Source: Candidatus Krumholzibacteriia bacterium
GTDB taxonomy: Bacteria; Krumholzibacteriota; Krumholzibacteriia; LZORAL124-64-63
Length of the DNA: 64,000 nucleotides
Assembly (NCBI GenBank): GCA_050174015.1
Contig: JBFXKG010000005.1
Coordinates: forward strand, 64,001-128,000
Direction: 5' to 3'
Part shown: positions 27,781 to 37,221 of the stretch, piece after piece
Layout of the letters: each line of letters starts with the position of its first letter
How positions within the stretch are numbered: position 1 is the first letter of the stretch
Made by a program: the position numbers and the translations under genes
Notes under the pieces: generated by a model
What the model saw: only the letters and a program-made list of their open reading frames with translations
Told to the model about the DNA's origin: nothing
Databases searched by the model: none

Positions 27781-29022
27781 TCAGGGGGCGGGCGAGGGGC
27801 CGTCGATCCTGATCTCGGTCGCCGCCTGGGCCGCCTCCCGGACCGCGGCATCGAGGTCCATGGCCCGGGAGAAGTCCATCAGATCCCGGGGACGGGCGGT
27901 CAGGACCGGTTTGGGGGACCGGATCGAGCAGCAGTCCCGGTAGGGGAGGATGGACGTGTCGAACAACCCCACCTTCCGGGACCAGGCGGTGATCTCGATC
28001 TTGTCCATGCCGATCAGGGGGCGCAGGACCGGCATCCGGACGTCCGGGGCGATGGCCCCGAGGTTGTGGATGGTCTGGCTGGCCACCTGGCCCAGGCTGT
28101 CCCCGGTGACCAGGGCCTTGCACTTGTTCTGGGAGGCCAGCTTGGCGGCGGTCTTGAACATGAACCGGCGGAACATGACCATGTCGAAGCTGTCGGGCAC
28201 GGCTCCGATGGCGCGCTGCTCGTAGGGGACCACCGGCACCAGGTGCAGGGCCAGGGGCCGGGGGAAGTAGCCGGCGAGGATCCTCACCAGTTCCTCGATC
28301 TTGGCGGTGTCGGCCTCGGCGGCGGTCCGGCCGGAGAAGAAGTGCACGAACTCGGGGCGGCAGCCGCGCCGCATCATGAGCCAGGCCGCCACGGGCGAGT
28401 CGATCCCGCCGGACATCAGGACCATGACCCGCCCGCTGCTGCCCGCCGGCAGCCCCCCGTAGGCGGTCTCCTTGGCGTGGAAGACCAGGGTCTGGTCCTT
28501 CATGACCAGCACGTTGATCTTCAGGTCGGGGTCCTGCATCCGGCCGGGCAGCCCGGTGTCCAGGTGTACCGCGCGGCCGACGATGCGGTTGATGTCCGGG
28601 GAATCCAGGGGGAAGGTGCGGTCGCTGCGGCGGGTGGCGACCTTGAATGAAAGGGCCTCCCCCGGGTTCTCGCGGGCCAGGCCACAGGCCGCGTCGCAGA
28701 GCAGGGTCAACCGCGGCTCCCGTCCGGCGGCGCGGTCCGCGGCGATCTCGGCGTCCAGCTCGCCCCGGGGAACGGGAACCGCGGGAGAGACCCACTGCAG
28801 GCCGAAAACGTCGTGCAACCTGCGGCTGACGCGGGCCGCGGAGTCGGGGTCCGTCACCTCGATCAGCAGGCGGCTCTCCACGTGCCTGATCTCACCGAGG
28901 GGCTCGTCCTTGAGCATGGTGCGGATGTTGTTCAGGAGCTTGCGCAGGAATACCGTCCGGTTGCGCCCCTTCAGGGCGATCTCGGCGTACGTGGCCACGA
29001 TGACGGGGGAGGCCTGGGTCAT
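27781..29022 (-). CDS. thiI: tRNA 4-thiouridine synthase ThiI (no C-terminal rhodanese)
   Basis: 'YAEIALKGRNR', THUMP domain, 'GGLP.G', PP-loop 'SGGIDSPVA', 'GDSLGQVASQT'. Confidence 0.92.
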   Translation of the reverse strand: MTQASPVIVATYAEIALKGRNRTVFLRKLLNNIRTMLKDEPLGEIRHVESRLLIEVTDPDSAARVSRRLHDVFGLQWVSPAVPVPRGELDAEIAADRAAGREPRLTLLCDAACGLARENPGEALSFKVATRRSDRTFPLDSPDINRIVGRAVHLDTGLPGRMQDPDLKINVLVMKDQTLVFHAKETAYGGLPAGSSGRVMVLMSGGIDSPVAAWLMMRRGCRPEFVHFFSGRTAAEADTAKIEELVRILAGYFPRPLALHLVPVVPYEQRAIGAVPDSFDMVMFRRFMFKTAAKLASQNKCKALVTGDSLGQVASQTIHNLGAIAPDVRMPVLRPLIGMDKIEITAWSRKVGLFDTSILPYRDCCSIRSPKPVLTARPRDLMDFSRAMDLDAAVREAAQAATEIRIDGPSPAP

Positions 29023-29200
29023 GCCGGCTCCTGGGACGGCCGCCGGGACGGCGGCTTTGCTTCGGGGCGAATCCGGGTTATTCTTGGCCCCCACCGGGGG
29101 GACCGGGCGCGGATGCGTGAACCATTGAATTAAACAGGTCCCAGGGCAGGCGCAAGCGCCATCCCGGGCAGACCCCGCCTTCCGGGGCGGGACAAGAAGG

Positions 29201-30514
29201 ATGGCGATGATCGAGCACGAAGGAATCCGTCTGGACATCAGCGGCGCCGGTGAGTATCTGCCGGCCTCCGAACTGGAGGCCCTGGAGCCCCGGGCCCTGG
29301 CCGCCCTGGCCGAGTTGCATGACGGCACCGGCCCCGGCGCCGACTACCTGGGTTGGCTGGACTTGCCGTCGTCCATCACGGCCGACGACCTGGGCGAGAT
29401 CCGGGCCGAGGCCGACCGGATCGCCGCCCAGGCCGAGGTCCTGGCGGTCGTCGGCATCGGGGGTTCCTACCTGGGCGCCCGGGCGGTCCTGGCGGCCCTG
29501 GGTCTCGACGGCCGCGCCGGTTCCGGCCGCCCCGAGGTCATCTTCGCGGGCACGGGGCTGTGCGGGGCGACCCTGCAGCAGACCCTCGACCGCCTGGGCG
29601 ACCGGGACGTCCACGTCTGCGTCATCTCGAAATCGGGAACGACCCTGGAACCGGCCGTCGCCTTCCGCATCCTGCGGGCGAGACTGGCGGCCCGGTACGG
29701 AGCCGGAGCCCCAAGCCGCATCACAGCGGTCACCGACGCCCGCCGCGGGGCCTTGCGACGCCTTGCCGAAGCCGAGGGATACGCGACCTTCGTGATTCCC
29801 GACGACGTCGGCGGCCGCTTCTCCGTCCTGACCCCGGTGGGCCTGGTTCCCCTGGCCGCGGCGGGCGTGGACGTCGCCGCCCTGGTGGACGGCGCCCGCT
29901 CCATGGCCGAATTCTGCCGGTCCGGCGATCTCCGCGCCAACCCCGCCCTGCTGTACGCGACGGTCCGGTACGGCCTGTACGCCAAGGGGTTCACCACGGA
30001 GATCCTCAGCAGTTTCCACGGCGGATTGCAGCTGATGCAGGAGTGGTGGAAGCAGCTCTTCGGCGAGAGCGAGGGCAAGCAGGGCCGCGGCATCTTCCCG
30101 GCCTCGACGGTGTTCACCACCGATCTGCACAGCCTGGGCCAGTACATCCAGGACGGCCGCCGGGTCCTCCAGGAGACCTTCCTGGCGGTGCGGGAGACGG
30201 GGACCGGTCTCGCCGTTCCTTGCGGCGCGGGGGAGGGGTCCGATCCCGACGGTCTGGACTATCTCGCCGGCCGCTCCCTCGACGAGATCAACTGGAAGGC
30301 CTACGAAGGCACGCGGACGGCCCACCTGGCCGGCGGGGTGCCCTGTCTGGGCCTGGAACTGGATCGGGTGGACGCCCGCACCCTCGGGGCCCTGATCTAC
30401 ATGTTCGAGCTTGCGGTGGGAGTCGGCGGCAAGCTGCTGGGAGTGAATCCCTTCGACCAGCCCGGGGTGGAGACCTACAAGAAGGAAATGTTCCGCCTTC
30501 TAGGCAAACCCTAG
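29201..30514 (+). CDS. pgi: Glucose-6-phosphate isomerase
   Basis: 'GIGGSYLG', 'SKSGTT', 'VGGRFSV', 'QLFGESEGK', 'NPFDQPGVE.YK'. Confidence 0.95.
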   Translation: MAMIEHEGIRLDISGAGEYLPASELEALEPRALAALAELHDGTGPGADYLGWLDLPSSITADDLGEIRAEADRIAAQAEVLAVVGIGGSYLGARAVLAALGLDGRAGSGRPEVIFAGTGLCGATLQQTLDRLGDRDVHVCVISKSGTTLEPAVAFRILRARLAARYGAGAPSRITAVTDARRGALRRLAEAEGYATFVIPDDVGGRFSVLTPVGLVPLAAAGVDVAALVDGARSMAEFCRSGDLRANPALLYATVRYGLYAKGFTTEILSSFHGGLQLMQEWWKQLFGESEGKQGRGIFPASTVFTTDLHSLGQYIQDGRRVLQETFLAVRETGTGLAVPCGAGEGSDPDGLDYLAGRSLDEINWKAYEGTRTAHLAGGVPCLGLELDRVDARTLGALIYMFELAVGVGGKLLGVNPFDQPGVETYKKEMFRLLGKP

Positions 30515-30618
30515 GCCGCAGGATATATTGTACGCCGTAAGGCACTCCGGACGGGGGACGGCCCGGTCGCGCCCCGCCCGCATCACCCGACGATCCGGGA
30601 CAACCAAGGAGAATCGCC

Positions 30619-31476
30619 TTGTCCAAACATGCGATTTTTAGCTTTCTGATGATCGGCCTGCTGGCGGTCGTCCTCGGCGCCTGCAGCGACGGCGGCGACC
30701 AGGCCGCCACCGGCGCGGCCGAATCCGCTTCCGCGACCTCTTCCGAGCATCCCGGCGCCTCCAAGGGAGCCGAGCATCCCGGGAGCGCCCCGACGGGGAT
30801 GCCCGCCGGCCAGGGTGGCTTCACCGGCGAGATCCTCGAGACCATGAACAGCGGCGGCTACACCTACGTGAAGCTGGACACGGGCAAGGAACAGGTCTGG
30901 GCCGCCGCCACCGAGACTCAGGTGGCCGTCGGTCAGAGGGTGACCGTGCCCGCGGGCATGCTCATGAAGGACTTCCCGAGCAAGACCCTCGACCGGACGT
31001 TCCCCGAGATCTGGTTCGTGGGCGGCATCTATCCCGAGGGCCAGGCCGCGAACCAGGCCCAGGGCGGGATGCCCCCCTCCGGCATGGGCGGCATGCCGTC
31101 GGGCGGGATGGAGCAGATGGCGAACGACGGCTCCCACAACCAGGTCCCCGACGCCGGGGTCGAGCCGGTCGCCAAGGTGGCCGGGGGCCACGACATCGCC
31201 GGGATCTACGCCGGAGCCGCGGAGCTCGGCGGCAAGACGGTCAAGGTGCGGGGTCGTGTGGTGAAGTTCACGCCCAACATCATGGGCACCAACTGGATCC
31301 ACATCCAGGACGGATCCGGGGAAGGGCCGTCGGCCGACCTCACCGTCACCAGCAGCGGCAGCGTGAGCGTGGACGATGTGGTGGTGGTGGAAGGGGTGCT
31401 TGCGGTGGACAAGGATTTCGGTGCGGGCTACCGCTACTCGGCCATCATCGAGAACGCCAAGATCACCAAGGATTGA
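30619..31476 (+). CDS. Lipoprotein with two OB-fold domains (NrfJ-like) and a Met/Gly-rich linker
   Basis: Lipobox LGAC; 'GGYTYV...W.A', 'F.SKTL.RTF', 'VRG.VVK...IMG.NW.HIQDG', 'DKDFGAGY'. Confidence 0.65.
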   Translation: MSKHAIFSFLMIGLLAVVLGACSDGGDQAATGAAESASATSSEHPGASKGAEHPGSAPTGMPAGQGGFTGEILETMNSGGYTYVKLDTGKEQVWAAATETQVAVGQRVTVPAGMLMKDFPSKTLDRTFPEIWFVGGIYPEGQAANQAQGGMPPSGMGGMPSGGMEQMANDGSHNQVPDAGVEPVAKVAGGHDIAGIYAGAAELGGKTVKVRGRVVKFTPNIMGTNWIHIQDGSGEGPSADLTVTSSGSVSVDDVVVVEGVLAVDKDFGAGYRYSAIIENAKITKD

Positions 31477-31555
31477 CCTTCGGAACCATCCGAGTGCCCG
31501 GCCGGACCCTGCAGGGGTAAGGTCGGGCATTCTGTCATTCCGGCAGCCCCTCCGG

Positions 31556-32989
31556 TCAGTGGATGTAGCCGAGAGATCTCAGCCGCTTCCGGGCTTCACC
31601 GCCCAGATCGTCGGCCGGGACCGGCGGCGCCGCCGACAGGGGTGAATCTTCCGCGAATACCGCAGCGAACCCGGCTCGCAGTCCATCCAGGATGTCGGGC
31701 CGCCTGTCGGCCAGGTCATCCGTCTCCCCGGGATCTCGAGCCAGGTCGTAGAGTTCGAACCGGTCGGCATCCCCTGTCCGGAACCAGATCAGTTTCCAGT
31801 CTCCCTTGACCAGGCTCTTGCAGAAATCCCGGGGCGAGGATCCCTGTTCGCTGAACAGAGGCTCCTGGGGACCTGGCGAGATTCCTCCTGCCAGGTCGGT
31901 CAATGCAACGCCGTCCATGCCCGCGGGCGGATCAAGGTCCAGGGCGGCGAGCACCGTGGGGAGGATGTCCACCGTGGATACCCTTTCCTCGACGGTCGAG
32001 CCGGCGAATCGGCCCCCGGGCCATTTGATCAGCAAGGGGACATGCACCGCTTCCTGGTACGGCAGGCTGTGGGTGAAGTAGAAACCGTGCTCCGTGAGGT
32101 GTTCCCCGTGGTCGGACACGACGATGATCATGGCCTCGTCGTACAGACCCAGTTGCTCGAGTCCGAGCAGGACCTGGCCGACGTGGTCATCCACGTGGGT
32201 CACACCGGCGGCGTATTGCTTGACGGGAAATTCCCAGTCGGTGACTCCCTCCAGCCAGTCGTAGATCCGGCTGTTCCGGCTCTCCTCCAGCAACCTGTTA
32301 CGGTCCGACTTCAAGGTGGCCAGCAGGGGTTCGCCCGGTCCTTTCTCGTCACCCTCGTAGTAGAGCCGGTCGTACGGCGGGGGAGGCGTGTAGGGGGCGT
32401 GGGCGTCGAAATAATGCAGGAACAGGAAGAAGGGTTCATCCCGGTGGGCGGCGGCGAAGGCGAGGCCCCCATCGGTGACGCTGCGGGAGGCCAGGCCCTT
32501 GCCCTGGTCGAAGAAGCTCTCGGTTACGGCGAATCCCTGGGTCAGTCCGAAGATCCTGGTCAGCCAGCGGATGGTGACGAATGATGCCGTGGCGTAACCG
32601 CAACCCTGAAGGGATTCTCCCAGGGTCGTGAACTGCTCGGCGAGGCGCCCGTAATCGCCGCCGATGAACCCGTGGTGATAGGGCAGCAGACCGGTCAGGA
32701 TCGATGCGAAGGAGGGACCGGTCCACGGAGCGGTACTCTGGCAGCGGCGGAACAGCACGCCGTCGGTCGCCAGGCGATCGAGGTTGGGAGTCATGATGTC
32801 CGGGTTGCCCCAGGCATGGACGTGGTCTCCCCGCACCGTATCGATCCCGATGAGAATCACCGGCGGGCGCGGAGCCGCGACCGGGTCCTCGGGGCTGCAC
32901 CCGGCCAGGACCGGGACGATCAGCAGCAACATGGGCAAAATCCAGGTTCTGATGGCGCCGGCCTCCTTTCGGGTCCCATACTGGCCCAT
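31556..32989 (-). CDS. Sulfatase-like lipoprotein (alkaline phosphatase superfamily)
   Basis: 'IGIDTVR', 'TPNLD.LA', 'WTGPSFASILTG', 'HYFDAHAPY', 'SDHGE'. Start uncertain. Confidence 0.8.
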   Translation of the reverse strand: MGQYGTRKEAGAIRTWILPMLLLIVPVLAGCSPEDPVAAPRPPVILIGIDTVRGDHVHAWGNPDIMTPNLDRLATDGVLFRRCQSTAPWTGPSFASILTGLLPYHHGFIGGDYGRLAEQFTTLGESLQGCGYATASFVTIRWLTRIFGLTQGFAVTESFFDQGKGLASRSVTDGGLAFAAAHRDEPFFLFLHYFDAHAPYTPPPPYDRLYYEGDEKGPGEPLLATLKSDRNRLLEESRNSRIYDWLEGVTDWEFPVKQYAAGVTHVDDHVGQVLLGLEQLGLYDEAMIIVVSDHGEHLTEHGFYFTHSLPYQEAVHVPLLIKWPGGRFAGSTVEERVSTVDILPTVLAALDLDPPAGMDGVALTDLAGGISPGPQEPLFSEQGSSPRDFCKSLVKGDWKLIWFRTGDADRFELYDLARDPGETDDLADRRPDILDGLRAGFAAVFAEDSPLSAAPPVPADDLGGEARKRLRSLGYIH

Positions 32990-33096
32990 GGATGAGGTGG
33001 TGGCAAGGTTCCGGTCCTGGAAAAGAGGCGCCCCGGACATCCCGGCCCTGAGGCCAGATTTTCCGGGGCGCCGTCATTCCGGAAGAACCGACGAGC

Positions 33097-33714
33097 CTAC
33101 TTGTGGTCGGACAGGTACTTGGCCACGCCCTCGGCGGTCGGGACCATGGCGTCGTCGCCCTTCTTCCAGTTCGCCGGACACACCTCACCGTGCTTCTCCA
33201 GGTGCTGCAGGGCATCCACCAGCCGAATCATCTCATCGATGTTCCGGCCCAGGCCCAGGGCGTTGACCGTGCTGTGCTGGATGACCCCGTCCTTGTCGAT
33301 CAGGAAGGTGCCGCGCAGCGCCATCCCGCCCTCGAGCAGGAGGCCGTAGTCCTGGCTGATGGTCTTCTGGAAGTCGGCGACCAGGGGGTACTGGACGTTG
33401 CCGATGCCGCCGTTCTCGACCGGGGTGTTCTTCCAGGCCCAGTGGCTGAAGTGGCTGTCGGTCGAGACGCCGATGACCTCGCAGTGGCGGCTCTTGAACT
33501 CCTCCAGCTGCTTGTCGAAGGCGATGATCTCGCTCGGGCAGACGAAGGTGAAGTCCAGGGGGTAGAAGAACATGACGACGTACTTGCCGCGGTAGTCGGA
33601 CAGTTTGAAGTCGTTCTTGAAGGTGTTGTCCGGCATGACGGCCGTGGCGGTGAAGTCCGGGGCCTCCCCGGCGACCAGGGGCATGGGGATGAAGTCGAAG
33701 TCCATGTTGTCCAT
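33097..33714 (-). CDS. ahpC: Typical 2-Cys peroxiredoxin AhpC
   Basis: 'FFYPLDFTFVCPSE' and 'GEVCPANW'. Confidence 0.92.
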   Translation of the reverse strand: MDNMDFDFIPMPLVAGEAPDFTATAVMPDNTFKNDFKLSDYRGKYVVMFFYPLDFTFVCPSEIIAFDKQLEEFKSRHCEVIGVSTDSHFSHWAWKNTPVENGGIGNVQYPLVADFQKTISQDYGLLLEGGMALRGTFLIDKDGVIQHSTVNALGLGRNIDEMIRLVDALQHLEKHGEVCPANWKKGDDAMVPTAEGVAKYLSDHK

Positions 33715-33791
33715 TGGTGGTCGTCTCCTTGTGGTGACTGGGTTTCGGCCGCCCGGGGGCGACGCGCTCGTTTGGGAGAAGAACGGGAGGG

Positions 33792-34214
33792 TCAGTGGCC
33801 ACCGGATTCGCCGGGACCGCGGGTGGCCGTCTTCCGGCATTCGGGGCAAAGACCGTAGTATTCCAGTCGATGCCCCTGGATCAGGAATCCGGCGGATTCC
33901 CGGGGCAGTTCGACCGGCGCGCTGGCGGTGGGAAGGTCCTTCACGCAGCCGCATCGCGTGCATCTGATGTGATCATGAGGTTCCATGTCCGCATCGAACC
34001 TGGCTTCGGCGCCGGAGAATTCCAGTTTGCGGATCCGACCTTCCTGGTGCAGGACTTCCAGGTTCCGGTAGACGGTGCCCAGGGAAATCCTCGGCAATCG
34101 TGATCTCACCTTGGTGAAAAGTTCGGCGGCCGTCGGATGGCGCTTGGTGGAGCAGAGTTCCTCGAGAATCACCGATCGCTGCAATGTGTTGCGACGGTTG
34201 GTGTTGGATCGCAT
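33792..34214 (-). CDS. Fur-family regulator, probably PerR-like
   Basis: 'HPTAAE', 'ISLGTVYRNL', 'HDHIRC..CG', 'C..C'; directly upstream of ahpC. Confidence 0.85.
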   Translation of the reverse strand: MRSNTNRRNTLQRSVILEELCSTKRHPTAAELFTKVRSRLPRISLGTVYRNLEVLHQEGRIRKLEFSGAEARFDADMEPHDHIRCTRCGCVKDLPTASAPVELPRESAGFLIQGHRLEYYGLCPECRKTATRGPGESGGH

Positions 34215-34267
34215 CCTGACTTCCTTCGGCTGCGGGTGAGGGCGAAATTCTCCGAAGCTCTAGGCCC

Positions 34268-34296
34268 AATTTAATAGGAATGATTATCGTTGTCAA
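34268..34296 (-). promoter_or_regulatory. Sigma70 promoter with an overlapping Fur/PerR-type box
   Basis: TTGACA-17-TAAATT on the minus strand. The spacer carries TAGGAAT-G-ATTATCG (34275-34289), similar to the 7-1-7 Fur box. Confidence 0.65.
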
Positions 34297-34350
34297 ATTT
34301 TATTCGTGACTTCTCTCCGGCATTTTGTGGATTTTATTCCGGCCTGCCTT

Positions 34351-34376
34351 AAACCCTCGGGCCCCGGGGATCGTCT
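34351..34376 (+). promoter_or_regulatory. Putative ECF promoter
   Basis: AAAC-N17-CGTC upstream of an ECF sigma gene. Confidence 0.35.
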
Positions 34377-34419
34377 GTCAAGACGAAGAACACATCCACC
34401 GGTGACGGGAGATCGGACG

Positions 34420-35034
34420 ATGATCCAGCAAATCCGCCGGGACGGGCGCCCGATGCCCGGTGCGGCCTCCGACCAGGAACTGGTCGAGGGCAGCACGGGC
34501 GGGGATCGCGCGGCCTACGAGGAGATCTACCGCCGCTACTGCGGGCGCATCCACGGACTGTGCCTGCGCCTGACGGGCGATCCGGTGGAGGCCGAGTCCC
34601 TGACGCAGGACGCCTTCGTGCGCGGCTGGTTCGCTCTGGGGGGATTCCGGGGGCAGGGAAGCCTGGCGGGCTGGCTGTCACGCCTGGCGGTGAACCTCTG
34701 GCGGGATGGCTTGCGTTCCGGTAAGCGGATGAGGCGCCTGCAGGAAGGCCTGGCCCTCGAGGCCGGGGACGTGACGGGGGAGGGCTCCCTGGCAGCGGGC
34801 AGGAGCGGCGGCAACGTCGTGGCCCTGCTGACCGCGGTGGATCTCGAGCGCTGCCTGCCCAGGCTGCCCGAGGGGGCCCGGACGGTCTTCGTCCTTCATG
34901 ACGTGGAAGGTTACACTCACCGGGAGATCGCCGGCCTGCTCGAGGTGGCCACGGGCACGGTGAAGGCCCAGTTGCACAGGGTGCGGCGGCTCTTGCGGGA
35001 AATGCTGGACGCGGACAGGGGAGTCGAATCATGA
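34420..35034 (+). CDS. ECF RNA polymerase sigma factor
   Basis: 'AESLTQDAF', 'WLSRLAVN', 'LP...R.VFVLHDVEGYTHREIA..L....GTVKAQLHR'. Confidence 0.9.
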   Translation: MIQQIRRDGRPMPGAASDQELVEGSTGGDRAAYEEIYRRYCGRIHGLCLRLTGDPVEAESLTQDAFVRGWFALGGFRGQGSLAGWLSRLAVNLWRDGLRSGKRMRRLQEGLALEAGDVTGEGSLAAGRSGGNVVALLTAVDLERCLPRLPEGARTVFVLHDVEGYTHREIAGLLEVATGTVKAQLHRVRRLLREMLDADRGVES

Positions 35035-35468
35035 ACGAAACCGAACGCGATCCGTTGCTGCGGGCGGCGGGGGAACTGAGGCGGAGGGGGGCGGCCCCTT
35101 CCCGCGACCTGTGGCCGGACATCGTCGCGGCCATCGACCGCCTGGAAGTCGGGGGGCTCCGGCCCGCCGCTGCGTCACGGAGCGCCCGGCGCTGGCCGCA
35201 TCTGGCCGCAGCCGCGGCGGTGACGGTCCTCTGCCTGATGGGTCCCCGCACCTATGGCCCCCCGGAGCATGGCGCCGGGGCGGCTCCCGCCGGGGGGCTT
35301 GCCGCCGTGGATCAGGCGCTGACCGAGGTCCTGACCGCCCTGGAACGGGACCCGGCGAATCCGAACCTGAACCATCTCGCCCGCCGACTCCACCGGTCGA
35401 GGGCGGAGGTGTTGCTCCTGGAATCGGCGGCCCTCGGCAGGACCGCCCTGATGGATCTTGATCCCTGA
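35031..35468 (+). CDS. Putative anti-sigma factor
   Basis: ATGA overlap with the sigma gene; 'P.RDLWP.I' followed by one TM segment. Confidence 0.6.
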   Translation: MNETERDPLLRAAGELRRRGAAPSRDLWPDIVAAIDRLEVGGLRPAAASRSARRWPHLAAAAAVTVLCLMGPRTYGPPEHGAGAAPAGGLAAVDQALTEVLTALERDPANPNLNHLARRLHRSRAEVLLLESAALGRTALMDLDP

Positions 35469-35507
35469 CGAAACCATCCGGCTCCGCCGGAAACACCGAG
35501 GAGGACG

Positions 35508-36416
35508 ATGATGAGAAAGCATGGGATGGCCGCGGCCGGATGGGGCACGGGTCTGGCCGTGATCCTGATGATCATGACGGGCGCCGTCTTCGCCGAGGAA
35601 CGGACGGTCCACAAGTCGGGGCCGGCGGATTCCGACGGCCGGGTACGGATCGAGAACATCGCCGGATCCATCGTGGTCGAAGGCTGGGACCGCGACGAGG
35701 TTCAGCTCGACGCCGTCCTGGGCGACGACGTCGAGGATCTCGAGTTCGAATCCGGGGCCGGCACCAAGATCGAGGTCATCTACCCCCGGCACGGCCGGAA
35801 CATCGACGAGGGCGCGGACCTGACCATCAAGGTCCCCAGGGGAAGCAGGGTGGAGATCGACGGCGTCAGCTCCACCATCACCGTGGAGAAGGTGACCGGG
35901 GCCGTGTTCGCCGCATCGGTCAGCGGCACGGTGACCGTGTCCGGGACCCTGAAGGAGGTGTCCGCCGAGACCATCAGCGGCGACCTGGACCTGGACGTGG
36001 ACTGTCCCGTGGTTTCCACCGAGTCCATCAGCGGGGAGATCCTGGTGCGGGGGCGCATCCTCAAGCTCGGCGCCTCCACGGTGTCGGGAGACCTCGACCT
36101 GGCGGCCGAGCGGTTCATCGAACTCGATCTGCAGTCGGTGACCGGGGACGTCGACGTCGCCGGGGATTTCGATCCCTCCGGTTCCTTCACCTTCGACCTG
36201 CACGGCGGGGATCTGACCCTGTCGGTGCCTGGCAGCCTGGATGCGGACCTGGAGATCGAGACCTTCACCGGGGACATCGAGGATGATTTCGGGGGCAAGG
36301 TGGAGCGGAGCAGCGAGTACGGGCCGGGCAAGGAGATGTCCCTGACGCTGGGCGCCGGCAAGGCGCGCGTCCGGATCAGCACCTTCAGCGGGGACGTGAA
36401 GATCAACAAGCGCTGA
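35508..36416 (+). CDS. DUF4097 beta-strand-repeat exported protein
   Basis: Signal peptide and repeated '(T/S).SGD' beta units. Confidence 0.8.
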   Translation: MMRKHGMAAAGWGTGLAVILMIMTGAVFAEERTVHKSGPADSDGRVRIENIAGSIVVEGWDRDEVQLDAVLGDDVEDLEFESGAGTKIEVIYPRHGRNIDEGADLTIKVPRGSRVEIDGVSSTITVEKVTGAVFAASVSGTVTVSGTLKEVSAETISGDLDLDVDCPVVSTESISGEILVRGRILKLGASTVSGDLDLAAERFIELDLQSVTGDVDVAGDFDPSGSFTFDLHGGDLTLSVPGSLDADLEIETFTGDIEDDFGGKVERSSEYGPGKEMSLTLGAGKARVRISTFSGDVKINKR

Positions 36417-36440
36417 GCGACCCCTGTTCAGGAGATGAAG

Positions 36441-36464
36441 GAGGGCGGCCCGGCGGCCGCCCTC
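36441..36464. terminator. GC hairpin between convergent genes
   Basis: GAGGGCGGCC-CGGC-GGCCGCCCTC. Confidence 0.55.
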
Positions 36465-36495
36465 TCCTCTACCCGGGGGAACGGGAGGATCCGGG

Positions 36496-37083
36496 TCAGT
36501 AGGCCAGCCAGCTGATGGTGACCATCAGGTTGCTGATGCTCACCTCCATGCCCATCTCCTCGAAGACCTTCGCGTTCATGTAGGTGCCCTCGATGATCCA
36601 GTTGCGGGCGAACTCGTAGCCGACGCCGGCGGTGAAACCGACGCCGGATTCCGATTCATCGGCCTCGCTGTCCATCAGGACGCCGAGCCCGAGGCCTCCC
36701 GAGAAGAAGAACGAGGGCGCTTCGGGTTCGAGGAAGTAGCTGACCCCCACCGCCGACATGCCGTTGATGTAGTCCGCTTCGAGGGTCGTGGGACCGAGGA
36801 AGGGGTCGGTGTAGGTGACCTCCATGGTATGGAAAAGCGTCCGGTTGGTGTAATAGATGAGCATTTGAGGGTTGACGCCGCCCCCGATCTTGAAGTCCCC
36901 GCCGAAGCCGGTTGCATCCAGGGAGACCTCGACACCCGAGGCGGAGGCCGTCTGCTTGGCCTGCCCGAACCCGGCGCCGAGATTGAGCATGAATCCCTGC
37001 CGGTCGCCGTCGAACCCCAGGGAGGGCGCGGCCATGGCCAGCGAGACCAGGACCACGATCGATAACGTGATTATTCTTTTCAT
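36496..37083 (-). CDS. Small outer-membrane beta-barrel protein
   Basis: Signal peptide MKRIITL, alternating beta strands, 'GVGYEF', terminal Y. Confidence 0.7.
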   Translation of the reverse strand: MKRIITLSIVVLVSLAMAAPSLGFDGDRQGFMLNLGAGFGQAKQTASASGVEVSLDATGFGGDFKIGGGVNPQMLIYYTNRTLFHTMEVTYTDPFLGPTTLEADYINGMSAVGVSYFLEPEAPSFFFSGGLGLGVLMDSEADESESGVGFTAGVGYEFARNWIIEGTYMNAKVFEEMGMEVSISNLMVTISWLAY

Positions 37084-37168
37084 GTTATTCCTTTCCCATG
37101 ATGGAATGGACATGTTCCCCGGACGGGATGGTATTCCAGGTGGAAAGGCGTTGTCATTCGAAAACATG

Positions 37169-37199
37169 AAAAAAACCCCGGGCCTGGGGCCCGGGGTTT
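37169..37199 (-). terminator. Rho-independent terminator of the porin gene
   Basis: AAACCCCGGGCC-TGG-GGCCCGGGGTTT with an A7 run (U-tail on the minus strand). Confidence 0.85.
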
Positions 37200-37221
37200 G
37201 GTCGTCCCCTTCAGGAAGCGA

